This document shows positions 10,572 through 21,234 of a stretch of 64,000 nt of DNA, in pieces. Position 1 is the first letter of the stretch; each line of letters opens with the position of its first letter. A program made the position numbers and the translations under genes. The notes under the pieces are model-generated. The model was not told the origin of the DNA and did not search any database. It saw only the letters and a program-made list of their open reading frames with translations. Source of the DNA: Trypanosoma brucei (Eukaryota); assembly GCA_000002445.1 (NCBI GenBank), contig CH464491.1:3936001-4000000 (forward strand), given 5' to 3'.

Positions 10572-13500
10572 TTAAGATTTGTTATCATCTCCTGGACGAA
10601 GCGTCATTGAAAACTTTCGCTTACCCCTAATCAAAGGTATTATTGCACTGGTGTCCTCCACATCTGTACCGTCGATTTGAGTAATCCGCCAACCAACGAC
10701 ACTGTGCGGGTCCAATATGCCAATTTCACGGAGTGCTGCTGAAAACGGTGTGTTGTTCCCAGCAACTGACGCTCCTCCCATTACACCATCATTTTTAAAT
10801 ACGATACGTCGTATTGTCGAACGACTGCCATGCAGCGAAAATCCTAGAGGCGCCTCCGCATCATTCCGCATCAACGTCAAGTGAAACACCCTCTCGGCAG
10901 GTGCTTTGTGGTCGGCTGTGCCCTCACCATCGGAGGGTTCCGCTCCTATATCCTCGGGACTTGTGTTATCACCAGCTTCCACACTAGCTTCAGCCTCACC
11001 ACGCTCCCGCGCCGCATCCAAAGCGGCCATCCGCTTCCTCTTCTTCACGCTATATATAAGACTGTTACGAACCGCCAAATTTATCGTGGCCTCCAGTCTT
11101 GCTAGTGCGCGCCAATTTGCCTTCTCCTGGTCCGTGGAATTTGCGGGATTCAGCCCCTCCACTTCAGCTAATAAGTTACTGCACTTGCTGTGCAATAAAT
11201 GAGCCATGTCCCGTGACCACTGCCTTCTCATCCTCTTCCTTTCCTCCACAGCAGAGTCATTGAGGGGCATGCCAACCCCTTTTCGACGATCACCGCGGAG
11301 AAGGAAAATCCGGTAATGGCGCAGAACGTTAGTCACAACGTAAAGACGAAGGGATAAGTATCCCAGGGCCCGGGAAAAGTGACGAGGTTTGGCACCATGC
11401 GACCCCACGGAAAACAACGAGGGTGTTTCCGATGCCTCATCCCCCAAAGCCCCTTTAGTGTTGCGAAGCCCCTTCGTCAATTGTCGCTCATGCGATAGTA
11501 TGAAAAATATTTCCTGTAACTGATGCAGAGGCATCCACAAGAAAGAAGGGTGCATAACATGGGCATGGACAACACTCAAAACAGATTGCGCCTGCCGACG
11601 AAGTAGTCTGCCGTCCACTTTCTCTCCATTGTCACATCGCAAGCCGGTAAAGCAATGGAGGACCTTCTTGGCACGCAGATGTCGAAGCTGCTTCGCGGTA
11701 TTGTAATCCAAAGCGAATAACACCTCCCTCACGTACATTGATACGATTGTTGGGCTCACAACGCTGTCCGCAGAAATTCCAGAGGAAGACACAGGACGCA
11801 CGTGGCAACCGTATTGCAAAAATGACATGAAGAACGCTACCTCGGCAGCCTGCGAAAGCGGTACACCACACACACGTAGTGCCTCCGCAACCTGTCCCGA
11901 TTGTCTGTCATCACCACCACCGCCACTCTCCATCACATCACTCAACTGCTTCAGCAAGAGAAATACCTGCAGGCAACTCACAAGAACCTCACTACCAAGT
12001 GTGTCAAGATAATGCCGCCGCAGTAACGGGAAAAAGGAAGCGGATATATTTTTGAGGAAACAACAAGCAGGATGCTTGGTAAACGCCATCTTCGTCCTTG
12101 GATTACTCGGTGGTGGCCCCTGAAGATCCTGCGAAACGTATGACCTTACATATAGCTCAATGAGCGAGCTCACACCAACGCGGACTGTGGAAGCCGCAAC
12201 CAACACACGTTCCCAAGCAGATTCTGAAGGCGGCTGCGCTTGCGTGGCACCTTCCTTCTTCGTGGAAGGGTCAACCAGAACGATCCAGTTCTTTGCTGTT
12301 TTGCTGCAGGCAAGGAAATACAACTCAATTTCCATCTCCAGCAAGGTGCGGCACAACACGGCGCTGGAGTTCACCGCAGGAATTAAATCATAATCCCTGG
12401 CTTCGTTCCTCGTTGCCCACACCGCAGCCACACGGTTCAATAATTCAAGAACGAGGAATGCGCTATCTGGTTTTGACGATAAAAACTGCAGAAACTTATT
12501 GTCCGCATGCAACCCCTCCCTGCAACGCAGGTATCTCAGGTTCAAAGTTGAATGTACCGTCCGGTGTGTCATTAGTGAATCACTGGTTCGTCGCTCTAGC
12601 GGTGGTGCTATTTTGGCCCAAAGTTGCCGTAGGGTTGTGATGCAACGGCTCTCCAGTTGAAATGTGGCTCCTGGGGGAAACGACGTAAACGAAAACAGTA
12701 CACAAAGCATCATTGAGTAGAAAGCGTTAACACTCCCCGATAGATCTTTACACGCTGCCCCTCGTGTCGTCTCCAGTGTCCCGAGTGTTCGCTCAGCCAG
12801 CAATAACACACTGTGAAGTAGAGATGGTTGTGCCGAACCACCGGTGCCGCGTACTCCCTTTGAAACTGTTTCTTCCAACAATGCACTGGCGTCAGTCAGC
12901 AGACGCGATGAGCAACTCATAATGCTATGATCTAATGACGTTAAAGTTTCATCTTCCGCCCCGGCCACCTTCAGACAATTGGACAAATGCCATCGCAGTT
13001 CGACCGTCGCGGAGAGTCCAGAAGAAATTATTGCAGCGGAGCTCAAGCATTCAGTACACACGTCACTTGCATTCTCATTGTCACCCGTATTTTTATCCCC
13101 CACCGTGTTAGAAAAGTGATGATGCACTTCGGTGAGAGAGGCAAAGCATTCTGCATATGCTTTAAGAACCTTGCACCGCCACGCAAGGAGATGACCGACA
13201 TCTTCAGACTCCTTACCTGCAGAACGAGCTTTGAAACGTTTATTACACTCACGACGGAAGCCATTTAGTGACTGCTGAAGCGCACGCCCCAGAAGAGTGA
13301 GCACGGCGTGTTGCACACGGACTTCGGGAAGGTCATCAACCTTTTCAATGCGCGTATGTTTTTCCACCTGCAAGCCAAGACGATTAATGAGTTCATGCAG
13401 TGTGTCATCCTCCTCAGATATGGCGGGTACATCCCTCTCTCCACCACCGGGAACCTCAACAACTACCCCTTTGTGCGCCGCAGCCAACTGTTTTAGTACC

Positions 13501-13802
13501 TGGGAGAACATTTCTTCTTTCATACAAATCTCTGCAACACGGGACATTTGCTTTCGTCCGTGTTCCCTTTGCCTGGAAGATTCGATCGGTTTCTCGCCGG
13601 TAGTAATATCGTGCAAAAGATTATCCATGTTATCACTTTCAAAACCCAGTGAGTGAATTAATCGATCCTTGGTGAGTTTTTCATCGTCGCCCTCGTCATC
13701 GGTGTAATCTCTTCTGATGATCCGACTCCCGTGGATGTTTCGAGTCTGAATGGGTGCCAGCAACCGCAAAGGGAGGAAAAGCCCACTTAAGGCTCTTCTC
13801 AT
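10572..13802 (-). CDS. Large conserved hypothetical protein with mitochondrial-presequence-like N-terminus and C-terminal PDZ-like domain
   Basis: The listed ORF starts at TTG, so I use the ATG at 13802 (MRRALSGLFLPLRLLAPIQTRNIHGSRIIRR, an amphipathic basic N-terminus). The C-terminus LGFSLHGSRS...GVMGGASVAGNNTPFSAALREIGILDPHSVVGWRITQIDGTDV resembles a PDZ fold. ~1076 aa. Confidence 0.7.
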   Translation of the reverse strand: MRRALSGLFLPLRLLAPIQTRNIHGSRIIRRDYTDDEGDDEKLTKDRLIHSLGFESDNMDNLLHDITTGEKPIESSRQREHGRKQMSRVAEICMKEEMFSQVLKQLAAAHKGVVVEVPGGGERDVPAISEEDDTLHELINRLGLQVEKHTRIEKVDDLPEVRVQHAVLTLLGRALQQSLNGFRRECNKRFKARSAGKESEDVGHLLAWRCKVLKAYAECFASLTEVHHHFSNTVGDKNTGDNENASDVCTECLSSAAIISSGLSATVELRWHLSNCLKVAGAEDETLTSLDHSIMSCSSRLLTDASALLEETVSKGVRGTGGSAQPSLLHSVLLLAERTLGTLETTRGAACKDLSGSVNAFYSMMLCVLFSFTSFPPGATFQLESRCITTLRQLWAKIAPPLERRTSDSLMTHRTVHSTLNLRYLRCREGLHADNKFLQFLSSKPDSAFLVLELLNRVAAVWATRNEARDYDLIPAVNSSAVLCRTLLEMEIELYFLACSKTAKNWIVLVDPSTKKEGATQAQPPSESAWERVLVAASTVRVGVSSLIELYVRSYVSQDLQGPPPSNPRTKMAFTKHPACCFLKNISASFFPLLRRHYLDTLGSEVLVSCLQVFLLLKQLSDVMESGGGGDDRQSGQVAEALRVCGVPLSQAAEVAFFMSFLQYGCHVRPVSSSGISADSVVSPTIVSMYVREVLFALDYNTAKQLRHLRAKKVLHCFTGLRCDNGEKVDGRLLRRQAQSVLSVVHAHVMHPSFLWMPLHQLQEIFFILSHERQLTKGLRNTKGALGDEASETPSLFSVGSHGAKPRHFSRALGYLSLRLYVVTNVLRHYRIFLLRGDRRKGVGMPLNDSAVEERKRMRRQWSRDMAHLLHSKCSNLLAEVEGLNPANSTDQEKANWRALARLEATINLAVRNSLIYSVKKRKRMAALDAARERGEAEASVEAGDNTSPEDIGAEPSDGEGTADHKAPAERVFHLTLMRNDAEAPLGFSLHGSRSTIRRIVFKNDGVMGGASVAGNNTPFSAALREIGILDPHSVVGWRITQIDGTDVEDTSAIIPLIRGKRKFSMTLRPGDDNKS

Positions 13803-14345
13803 CCCCAATAATCAAGTTACCGGAAAAGAAAAAAAAAACTGTCTTGGGAATCAGGTTAAGAACAGAAAACGCGAAGACTGAGATTTCATCCACGGGGAGC
13901 AAGTACAATAAATAAAACCACGCACGGCTCTCTCATGTTGTTAAAAAATAAGGGGAGTGACAGTAGTCTTGCTAACATTTTTTTTTTTAGAAGGGACGAC
14001 GAAAATACCCCCGACAGGAATCACCCGCAGACCCTTCATGAGCTGTACTACGTGCCATCAACCCAGTAAACACCGCTGAGCCATTTGCGTAACCGAGAAA
14101 AATAATAGCAATAATAACGAGAATAAAAGTATTAATAGAAACGCTAATCGTCCCCGTACGGGCTTCAACATATCACATATGGTCCCATACCCATTGAATT
14201 ATATTTCCTTCAGTGCCATATTCAAAGTATCAACCCCCCCCTCTCTCTATTTCTTTCTTACATTAAATATCCCTTTCAATTTCTTTTATTTTCGTCGTCC
14301 TCTGTTTTTATCCTTCGCTACCGTTGCTACGCCCCGATTCGAAAC

Positions 14346-14660
14346 TTAAAATGAATAAGGTGCAAATCCGAAGAGAAAGCATATTCCAGTCAGCAAGGAA
14401 ACATACAACGGTGTGGGTTTCCGCGACTTCAAGTATCTGAATGCCATAACGGCAGAGAGCAGAAACGACATACACGCCTCGACACGGTTGGCCACCTTGT
14501 GATTGGAGTCACTCAAAAGGTAAATGAGGGAAACCGCTGAGATGAGTCCAGCGGAAACTCCGGCTGCTAAACTTGCGACACTATTCTTCTTGCTGTATCC
14601 CATGTAACCTCCCAAAGGGAGCAGTACGGCAAGAGTCCCTGAGGCAATTACGTTCGCCAT
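14346..14660 (-). CDS. TMEM14 family small membrane protein (UPF0136)
   Basis: 104 aa, ATG verified. Four hydrophobic segments. The motif LPLGGYMGYSKKNSVASLAAGVSAGL matches the TMEM14 signature (GGxxGYxKxGSxxSLxAGL). Confidence 0.8.
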   Translation of the reverse strand: MANVIASGTLAVLLPLGGYMGYSKKNSVASLAAGVSAGLISAVSLIYLLSDSNHKVANRVEACMSFLLSAVMAFRYLKSRKPTPLYVSLLTGICFLFGFAPYSF

Positions 14661-15021
14661 CTTAGATAAATTAAAGTATGGTTGGTGATAACTGCTCGAT
14701 ACACAAAAAAAAATGAGAGTGAAGGCGTGGATGTGTGCGTGTCCTCCTTACTATGACGTATCTCTCCGGTTTGTCACTAAGTTGTACAAGAGAGAAAAAT
14801 ACAGTGTGCATCGCCACACACAGTAAAAATAATATAGGCAAAAGCAACGGTAGAAGTTATCAAGACACCCTATGCGACCACATGGGAAGCAGTAAAAATA
14901 ATAGATGAATATTATTCACATATGGGAAATATCTATCTATGGCATTCAGCAGATCCGTCACACACCAGAAAACCTTCATGTCGTATCAGCACATGGCAAC
15001 CCCACCATACTGCCATCGCAA

Positions 15022-15873
15022 TTACCCAATTGTTGAATGTGAAGGGTTTGCTTTCACGGTGGAAATACCTTTTCTCCACGGCACGTTCACTCTACTACGG
15101 TAACGTTCTCTACGAAGGTAATCTCCGGTTAGATCCACTGGTTTTGTCGGATTTAAGCAAATGTCTTCGAGAGCCGAGTCGGATCCAAAACCGTCCAAAA
15201 CAGGCTGAGTTGGTGACTCTGCCGCAGATCCCGCTGGGAGCGTTTCATTGATTTTACTTAGTTGCTCCTTGTGAACAACAAGAAGTGGGCACGGACTCGT
15301 GTACAAGTTCCGCCACGCGTTTGGTACATCAACAGACTGTGTTGATGTCACGAAGTAGTTCAGCATACCTTTGGGAGCATACTGCGGGCTACCAACGCAC
15401 CACTGTGCATTATTTTCCGTCAAGGGTGGGACAGCGTGCTTAACATAGGGAGGATTTTGAGGTGCCTCCGTGGTCAATGTGCCCGCTGCAATTGGTTGAA
15501 TATTTCTCTCGTAATCCTCCACCTGACGGAAAAACACAGTCCAGTCCTCTTCTTCACTGGACCACATGATATGCACAACACAGAGACGAGCCGCTCCCGC
15601 GTCCGTGGACCTCACCTCTACCATCCGCGCACCGACGCGACGAGTAATGCCACCAATCTCAACAGCATCACTGCTTCCGATGATAGTTTCTTCATGAAGA
15701 GCTACAATGTAAAGGTGCTCTGTCTCAGGCGAACTGCGTACAACCATTTCAGTAGGCGTACTGTTCACTCGACAACGGGCGCCCCGTCTACAAAACCGTA
15801 CCTCTATGCATCGCTCCGTTGTTGCATCGTCTACCCAATCACAACCAAGCACTTCGACACGGAAACGAAGCAT
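15022..15873 (-). CDS. Conserved hypothetical protein
   Basis: 283-aa ORF on the coding strand of the transcription unit, ATG verified (MLRFRVEV). I see no recognisable domain. Confidence 0.55.
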   Translation of the reverse strand: MLRFRVEVLGCDWVDDATTERCIEVRFCRRGARCRVNSTPTEMVVRSSPETEHLYIVALHEETIIGSSDAVEIGGITRRVGARMVEVRSTDAGAARLCVVHIMWSSEEEDWTVFFRQVEDYERNIQPIAAGTLTTEAPQNPPYVKHAVPPLTENNAQWCVGSPQYAPKGMLNYFVTSTQSVDVPNAWRNLYTSPCPLLVVHKEQLSKINETLPAGSAAESPTQPVLDGFGSDSALEDICLNPTKPVDLTGDYLRRERYRSRVNVPWRKGISTVKANPSHSTIG

Positions 15874-16038
15874 TTTATAACTGGAAAAAAAAATATGCGG
15901 AAGGGGAAAAAAGAATAGAATTGTTGAAGGAAGCCCACTGTGAATAGGTGCAACTCACGTCCACAGGCAAAAGCAAAAAAAAAACTTTGGCACCAAAATG
16001 GGTGAGTACAAATGTGCATGCCGGTCAGCGACTCACCA

Positions 16039-16681
16039 TTACCAGGCATCGACGGAACCGGCAATCGTTGCAATCTGCAAACTGCGATGCCAGTCGTTAG
16101 GGGTACAATGGTAACATAATTCCTGCTCATTCCCTTGTGGTGCTATGGAGAATGTCATAATGAAGAGACGCCCGCTTGAATTCTTCTCCAATAAAAATGA
16201 GGTGTGGGGATTACAAAAGGAACAGTAGCGGTAGCACCCCATACTACAAGACCTTTTCTGCTGGTAAGACAAATTGTCCAACACCCACCAAACTCCATAA
16301 GTTGAGGGCATGGAGGAGCAAAAAAACCTCAAAAAAAAACAAACCTCACATCCTGGATCTGGTGTAGGCGAGTTGGTAATACGGTGAACTTACGGGACTA
16401 CAAATAGGACAGAAAAACGTGTCAATGGGAAGTGCGCTACATGCACAAACAGATTCCCCACCGATGGGTATTGAACGCCTTTGAACCGCTACTACATTTG
16501 AAAACTCCACAAGATCAATAGTAACTGGACAATATGCATGGTTAGGAGGTTGAGGAAGTGTCGCCCACAGGGAAGCACACTCAAAGGCACAAGGTTTGAG
16601 ACCGGAGGACGCAAGTGGTTCCCCTCCATGTCCAATTTTGTAGCAGAGTCTGCCCACAATACTGAGCACATTGTACTCCAA
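16039..16681 (-). pseudogene. Cysteine-rich (zinc-finger-like) reading frame split over two frames; possible frameshifted gene or pseudogene
   Basis: The 111-aa frame (16346-16681) starts at TTG and has no ATG until its last codon. It is Cys/His rich (CAFEC, HAYCP, CACS...FFCPICSPV). An adjacent 97-aa frame (16039-16332), also TTG-started, continues with CYRYCSFCNPH and CYHCTPNDWH. Together they look like one interrupted zinc-binding gene. Confidence 0.25.
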
Positions 16682-17715
16682 AGGTTCCGATAAAATAAAG
16701 TCACAACTTACACAAAGTGATCTGTGTGCCGTTCGTCAAGGGTAAACAGTTCTCTTCATTTTCGGTGCTGCACATGCCGTTGGTGGAAAGCCGTCAGAAA
16801 ACAAAAGAAGGGGAAATTGCCTCCACACAAAGAATCTTTCTCCACTCACATGGAACTCAAATCACTTTCTGGACTACGGTTGATCCATAAAGACGTTAAC
16901 TGCGGAGCCACAGTGCACTACTTTGGATACACACTGCATGGTTACCATTTATCAACTGAAAAGTCTTCCTTTACAAGAATACCTTCAGAAAAAAAAGTGA
17001 AATTAAGCGATAGGATGGCGGAAGGTGAAAATACCATAGGATCAGCTGTCAACAAAGACGCCACCTACTACACTATGTTCATACTGGTGGAAATTTCATC
17101 TACTTGTGAGGTAAAGAGACGCATTGAAGTAATACATCGATGTACAAGTTTGACAAAAAACTCAAAATACATCCGCTCCCCGCTTGCACTTTTCCCTTTC
17201 GTTATCGGTTCCCTAAAAAGCGGTAAACGTTGGATTGTTTTTGAAATACAACGAAGACACACACCATTTCCTTTGTTTCCTATAACTCATTATTTACATG
17301 TGCCAACTGCAGCAATCGGTTACAAAAATTCACTTGGTTAAGCTATACATAGTAGCTCGTAACATACAAAAAACATCAAAACGGTCCAATTGGACGACTA
17401 ACTACGACACACAAACGTGCTCTCCTTCAACCATATCAAAATGAAAACCCAGCGAAAAAAGATTCAGCAGCATCCCATGCTTCTCCAACGTCATAGTTTT
17501 GTGAGGTACACTAAAAAGAAAATCGTAGAAATTACACATCAGAATATATTTCGCTTTGTCCTTTCAATGAAACGAATGAACCCAGAACGTCGCACATCAG
17601 CATATGCAGCTGAATGGGACAAGAACGCCTTATCACAGAAAAGTCACAGATAAAGTCACATAGCATATAATGAGTAATTCTCACATACTTCCTACTTCCT
17701 CAACAATATTCCTTC

Positions 17716-20700
17716 TTACGCATCACCCTCACCAGTTGGTTGTTCGGTGGCATCTTCAGCCTGTTCTCCTGGTTGTTCAGTGGCATCTTCAGCTTGTTCA
17801 GCTGGTTGTTCAGTGGCATCTTCAACACCTTCAGCAGCAACTTGTTCGCCAGCATCTTCACTTGCAGGCTTCTTTGGAGAAGACCCAGTTGATGCCTCCT
17901 TGGGAATATCAGCCTCATCAAGTTCTTCATGCTCATCTGTTTGCTCAGCTGCAGTTTCTTGAGCAACCTCCTCGGCTGGTTGTTCAGTGGCATCTTCAGC
18001 TTGTTCAGCTGGTTGTTCAGTGGCATCTTCAACACCTTCAGCAGCAACTTGTTCGCCAGCATCTTCACTTGCAGGCTTCTTTGGAGAAGACCCAGTTGAT
18101 GCCTCTTTGGGAATATCAGCCTCATCAAGTTCTTCATGCTCATCTGTTTGCTCAGCTGCAGTTTCTTGAGCAACCTCCTCGGCTGGTTGTTCAGTGGCAT
18201 CCTCAGCCTGTTCAGCTGGTTGTTCAGTGGTATCTTCAGCTTGTTCTCCTGGTTGTTCGGTGGCATCTTCCGCCTCCTCAGCTGGTTGTTCAGTGGTATC
18301 TTCAGCTTGTTCAGTTGGTTGTTCAGTGGTATCTTCCGCCTCCTCAGCTGGTTGTTCAGTGGTATCTTCAGCTTGTTCAGCTGGTTGTTCAGTGGTATCT
18401 TCAACACCTTCAGCAGCAACTTGTTCGCCAGCATCTTCACTTGCAGGCTTCTTTGGAGAAGACCCAGTTGATGCCTCTTTGGGAATATCAGCCTCATCAA
18501 GTTCTTCATGCTCATCTGGTTGTTCAGTGGCATCCTCAGCCTGTTCAGCTGGTTGTTCAGTGGCATCTTCAGCTTGTTCAGTTGGTTGTTCAGTGGTATC
18601 TTCCGCCTCCTCAGCTGGTTGTTCAGTGGTATCTTCAGCTTGTTCAGCTGGTTGTTCAGTGGTATCTTCAGCTTGTTCTCCTGGTTGTTCAGTGGTATCT
18701 TCAGCCTGTTCAGCTGATTGTTCAGTGGCATCTTCAGCCTGTTCAGCTGGTTGTTCAGTGGCATCTTCAACACCTTCAGCAGCAACTTGTTCGCCGGCAT
18801 CTTCACTTGCAGGCTTCTTTGGAGAAGACCCAGTTGATGCCTCTTTGGGAATATCAGCCTCATCAAGTTCTTCATGCTCATCTGGTTGTTCAGTGGCATC
18901 CTCAGCCTGTTCAGCTGGTTGTTCAGTGGCATCTTCAGCTTGTTCAGTTGGTTGTTCAGTGGTATCTTCCGCCTCCTCAGCTGGTTGTTCAGTGGTATCT
19001 TCAGCTTGTTCAGCTGGTTGTTCAGTGGTATCTTCAGCTTGTTCTCCTGGTTGTTCAGTGGTATCTTCAGCCTGTTCAGCTGATTGTTCAGTGGCATCTT
19101 CAGCCTGTTCAGCTGGTTGTTCAGTGGCATCTTCAACACCTTCAGCAGCAACTTGTTCGCCGGCATCTTCACTTGCAGGCTTCTTTGGAGAAGACCCAGT
19201 TGATGCCTCCTTGGGAATATCAGCCTCATCAAGTTCTTCATGCTCATCTGTTTGCTCAGCTGCAGTTTCCTGAGCAACCTCCTCAGCTGGTTGTTCAGTG
19301 GTATCTTCAGCCTGTTCAGCTGATTGTTCAGTGGCATCTTCAACACCTTCAGCAGCAACTTGTTCGCCGGCATCTTCACTTGCAGGCTTCTTTGGAGAAG
19401 ACCCAGTTGATGCCTCTTTGGGAATATCAGCCTCATCAAGTTCTTCATGCTCAGCTGGTTGTTCAGTGGCATCCTCAGCCTGTTCAGCTGATTGTTCAGT
19501 GGCATCTTCAACACCTTCAGCAGCAACTTGTTCGCCAGCATCTTCACTTGCAGGCTTCTTTGGAGAAGACCCAGTTGATGCCTCTTTGGGAATATCAGCC
19601 TCATCAAGTTCTTCATGCTCATCTGTTTGCTCAGCTGCAGTTTCCTGAGCAACCTCCTCAGCTGGTTGTTCAGTGGCATCTTCAGCCTGTTCAGCTGGTT
19701 GTTCAGTGGCATCTTCAACACCTTCAGCAGCAACTTGTTCGCCGGCATCTTCACTTGCAGGCTTCTTTGGAGAAGACCCAGTTGATGCCTCCTTGGGAAT
19801 ATCAGCCTCATCAAGTTCTTCATGCTCAGCTGGTTGTTCAGTGGCATCCTCAGCCTGTTCAGCTGATTGTTCAGTGGCATCTTCAACACCTTCAGCAGCA
19901 ACTTGTTCGCCAGCATCTTCACTTGCAGGCTTCTTTGGAGAAGACCCAGTTGATGCCTCTTTGGGAATATCAGCCTCATCAAGTTCTTCATGCTCATCTG
20001 TTTGCTCAGCTGCAGTTTCCTGAGCAACCTCCTCAGCTGGTTGTTCAGTGGCATCTTCAGCCTGTTCAGCTGGTTGTTCAGTGGCATCTTCAACACCTTC
20101 AGCAGCAACTTGTTCGCCGGCATCTTCACTTGCAGGCTTCTTTGGAGAAGACCCAGTTGATGCCTCCTTGGGAATATCAGCCTCATCAAGCTCCTCATGC
20201 TCTTCAACCTCCTGTCTAGGTGTCACCGATCGTGACGACTCAGCCGACGACTCATGAACAGGCGGGTACTTGTTGGCCTCTCTTGCTTTAGCCTCCGCAG
20301 CCTCCCTTATCTTCTCTGGTAAGCACGTCAACATGCGCATCAGTGGAGTGCAGCTGGTTCCATGCCACGCTATCGTCGCGGTAAGCTTACCATATGGTCC
20401 ATATGATTCTCGTGTACACTCGAGAGTCTTCTCCCAAAGCTCCTTTTGCTCTTCCTCCTCAATGAAATACCGTTCTGCTGTCTCGCACCGACTCGTTGAA
20501 TACAACCGTACGCCGTACATATCAAACAACCAGCGGAGCATACATTTCCATTCCTCCAGCTCCTCCGCCTCAACGACAGCACGGGAGTCTAGGTGCTCTT
20601 CCTCGAAAGTTTTTTCTTTAACAGGGCCTTTGGTACGTTCAACGCACTGACGGCGGAAGAACTCAGGTGGAGCGTAGCGAAAGACGCCACGTCGGATGAC

Positions 20701-21234
20701 GACACGCTGGTCTGCCTCAGTTTGCTGTATGCGTTCACGGACCTCATTCTCATGATCAACGAGTTGACGTAGACACACCAGCAAAAACCACGAATGCGAA
20801 CATTCCTTTTCAACTTTCTCACGGAGGCGATGCTCGACACCACTGAGCCACGTTCGCAACTCTTCTTCCTCCTTTAACAGCGTGAAGTACTTCGCCCGTG
20901 GAAAGGCACGGATGAGTGGCTGCTGCCGCACCAATGGATTTTGTTGACGCTGCCTTATCAACTCTAGGTTGGTTTGCCTCATGCCCAGCGTAATTAAACG
21001 TGTGAGACTCGGCTCGAATTTTAGAGTCGGGTTACGCTCGATTTCTTTCCTCTCGGCAATCATCACACCTCGTTCATGCATAAGATCAGCGAGTGCGTGG
21101 CTTAACTGTTCTTCAATAGCCTTTCGCTCCCCTGTCTCCTCACGGCACAAACGCAGCAGTAACTCATGGTGAGTTGGAACGCGTGAAACAAGAGAGTTAT
21201 AGTAATCGGCAAAGTTCTTGTGGACAACGGCCAT
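17716..21234 (-). CDS. Acidic tandem-repeat protein (N-terminal ~330-aa unique domain followed by a ~800-aa E/D/Q/A/T/P-rich repeat array)
   Basis: 1172 aa, ATG verified at 21232-21234. The repeats are ~58-120 aa, e.g. DEHEELDEADIPKEASTGSSPKKPASEDAGEQVAAEGVEDATEQPAEQAEDATEQPAEEVAQETAAEQT, with a variable number of 8-aa (24-bp) sub-repeats AEDATEQP / AEDTTEQP. Confidence 0.85.
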   Translation of the reverse strand: MAVVHKNFADYYNSLVSRVPTHHELLLRLCREETGERKAIEEQLSHALADLMHERGVMIAERKEIERNPTLKFEPSLTRLITLGMRQTNLELIRQRQQNPLVRQQPLIRAFPRAKYFTLLKEEEELRTWLSGVEHRLREKVEKECSHSWFLLVCLRQLVDHENEVRERIQQTEADQRVVIRRGVFRYAPPEFFRRQCVERTKGPVKEKTFEEEHLDSRAVVEAEELEEWKCMLRWLFDMYGVRLYSTSRCETAERYFIEEEEQKELWEKTLECTRESYGPYGKLTATIAWHGTSCTPLMRMLTCLPEKIREAAEAKAREANKYPPVHESSAESSRSVTPRQEVEEHEELDEADIPKEASTGSSPKKPASEDAGEQVAAEGVEDATEQPAEQAEDATEQPAEEVAQETAAEQTDEHEELDEADIPKEASTGSSPKKPASEDAGEQVAAEGVEDATEQSAEQAEDATEQPAEHEELDEADIPKEASTGSSPKKPASEDAGEQVAAEGVEDATEQPAEQAEDATEQPAEEVAQETAAEQTDEHEELDEADIPKEASTGSSPKKPASEDAGEQVAAEGVEDATEQSAEQAEDATEQPAEHEELDEADIPKEASTGSSPKKPASEDAGEQVAAEGVEDATEQSAEQAEDTTEQPAEEVAQETAAEQTDEHEELDEADIPKEASTGSSPKKPASEDAGEQVAAEGVEDATEQPAEQAEDATEQSAEQAEDTTEQPGEQAEDTTEQPAEQAEDTTEQPAEEAEDTTEQPTEQAEDATEQPAEQAEDATEQPDEHEELDEADIPKEASTGSSPKKPASEDAGEQVAAEGVEDATEQPAEQAEDATEQSAEQAEDTTEQPGEQAEDTTEQPAEQAEDTTEQPAEEAEDTTEQPTEQAEDATEQPAEQAEDATEQPDEHEELDEADIPKEASTGSSPKKPASEDAGEQVAAEGVEDTTEQPAEQAEDTTEQPAEEAEDTTEQPTEQAEDTTEQPAEEAEDATEQPGEQAEDTTEQPAEQAEDATEQPAEEVAQETAAEQTDEHEELDEADIPKEASTGSSPKKPASEDAGEQVAAEGVEDATEQPAEQAEDATEQPAEEVAQETAAEQTDEHEELDEADIPKEASTGSSPKKPASEDAGEQVAAEGVEDATEQPAEQAEDATEQPGEQAEDATEQPTGEGDA
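17740..20215. repeat. Hierarchical tandem-repeat array inside a coding region (24-bp sub-repeat tggttgttcagtggcatcttcagc nested in ~174/210/366-bp macro-repeats, about 10 macro-units)
   Basis: Recurrent landmarks such as cctcatcaagttcttcatgctc occur at ~17910, 18122, 18488, 18854, 19216, 19426, 19600, 19804, 19978 and 20175. Macro-unit length differs by multiples of 24 bp. Confidence 0.9.

Noticed and set aside
16724-17341. 205-aa + strand ORF in the gap downstream of the acidic-repeat gene
   Set aside because: It begins at GTG (16724-16726). It is on the non-transcribed strand of an otherwise strictly unidirectional unit. Its composition is not protein-like.
17670-20219. 849-aa + strand ORF, plus the 835-aa alternative minus-frame ORF (17700-20207) and many 60-360-aa ORFs, all inside the repeat array
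   Set aside because: They are artefacts of the 24-bp-periodic repeat, which is stop-free in several frames. They translate to low-information Q/L/V/W or S/C/A strings. The real gene is the frame continuous with the unique N-terminal domain and the ATG at 21234.
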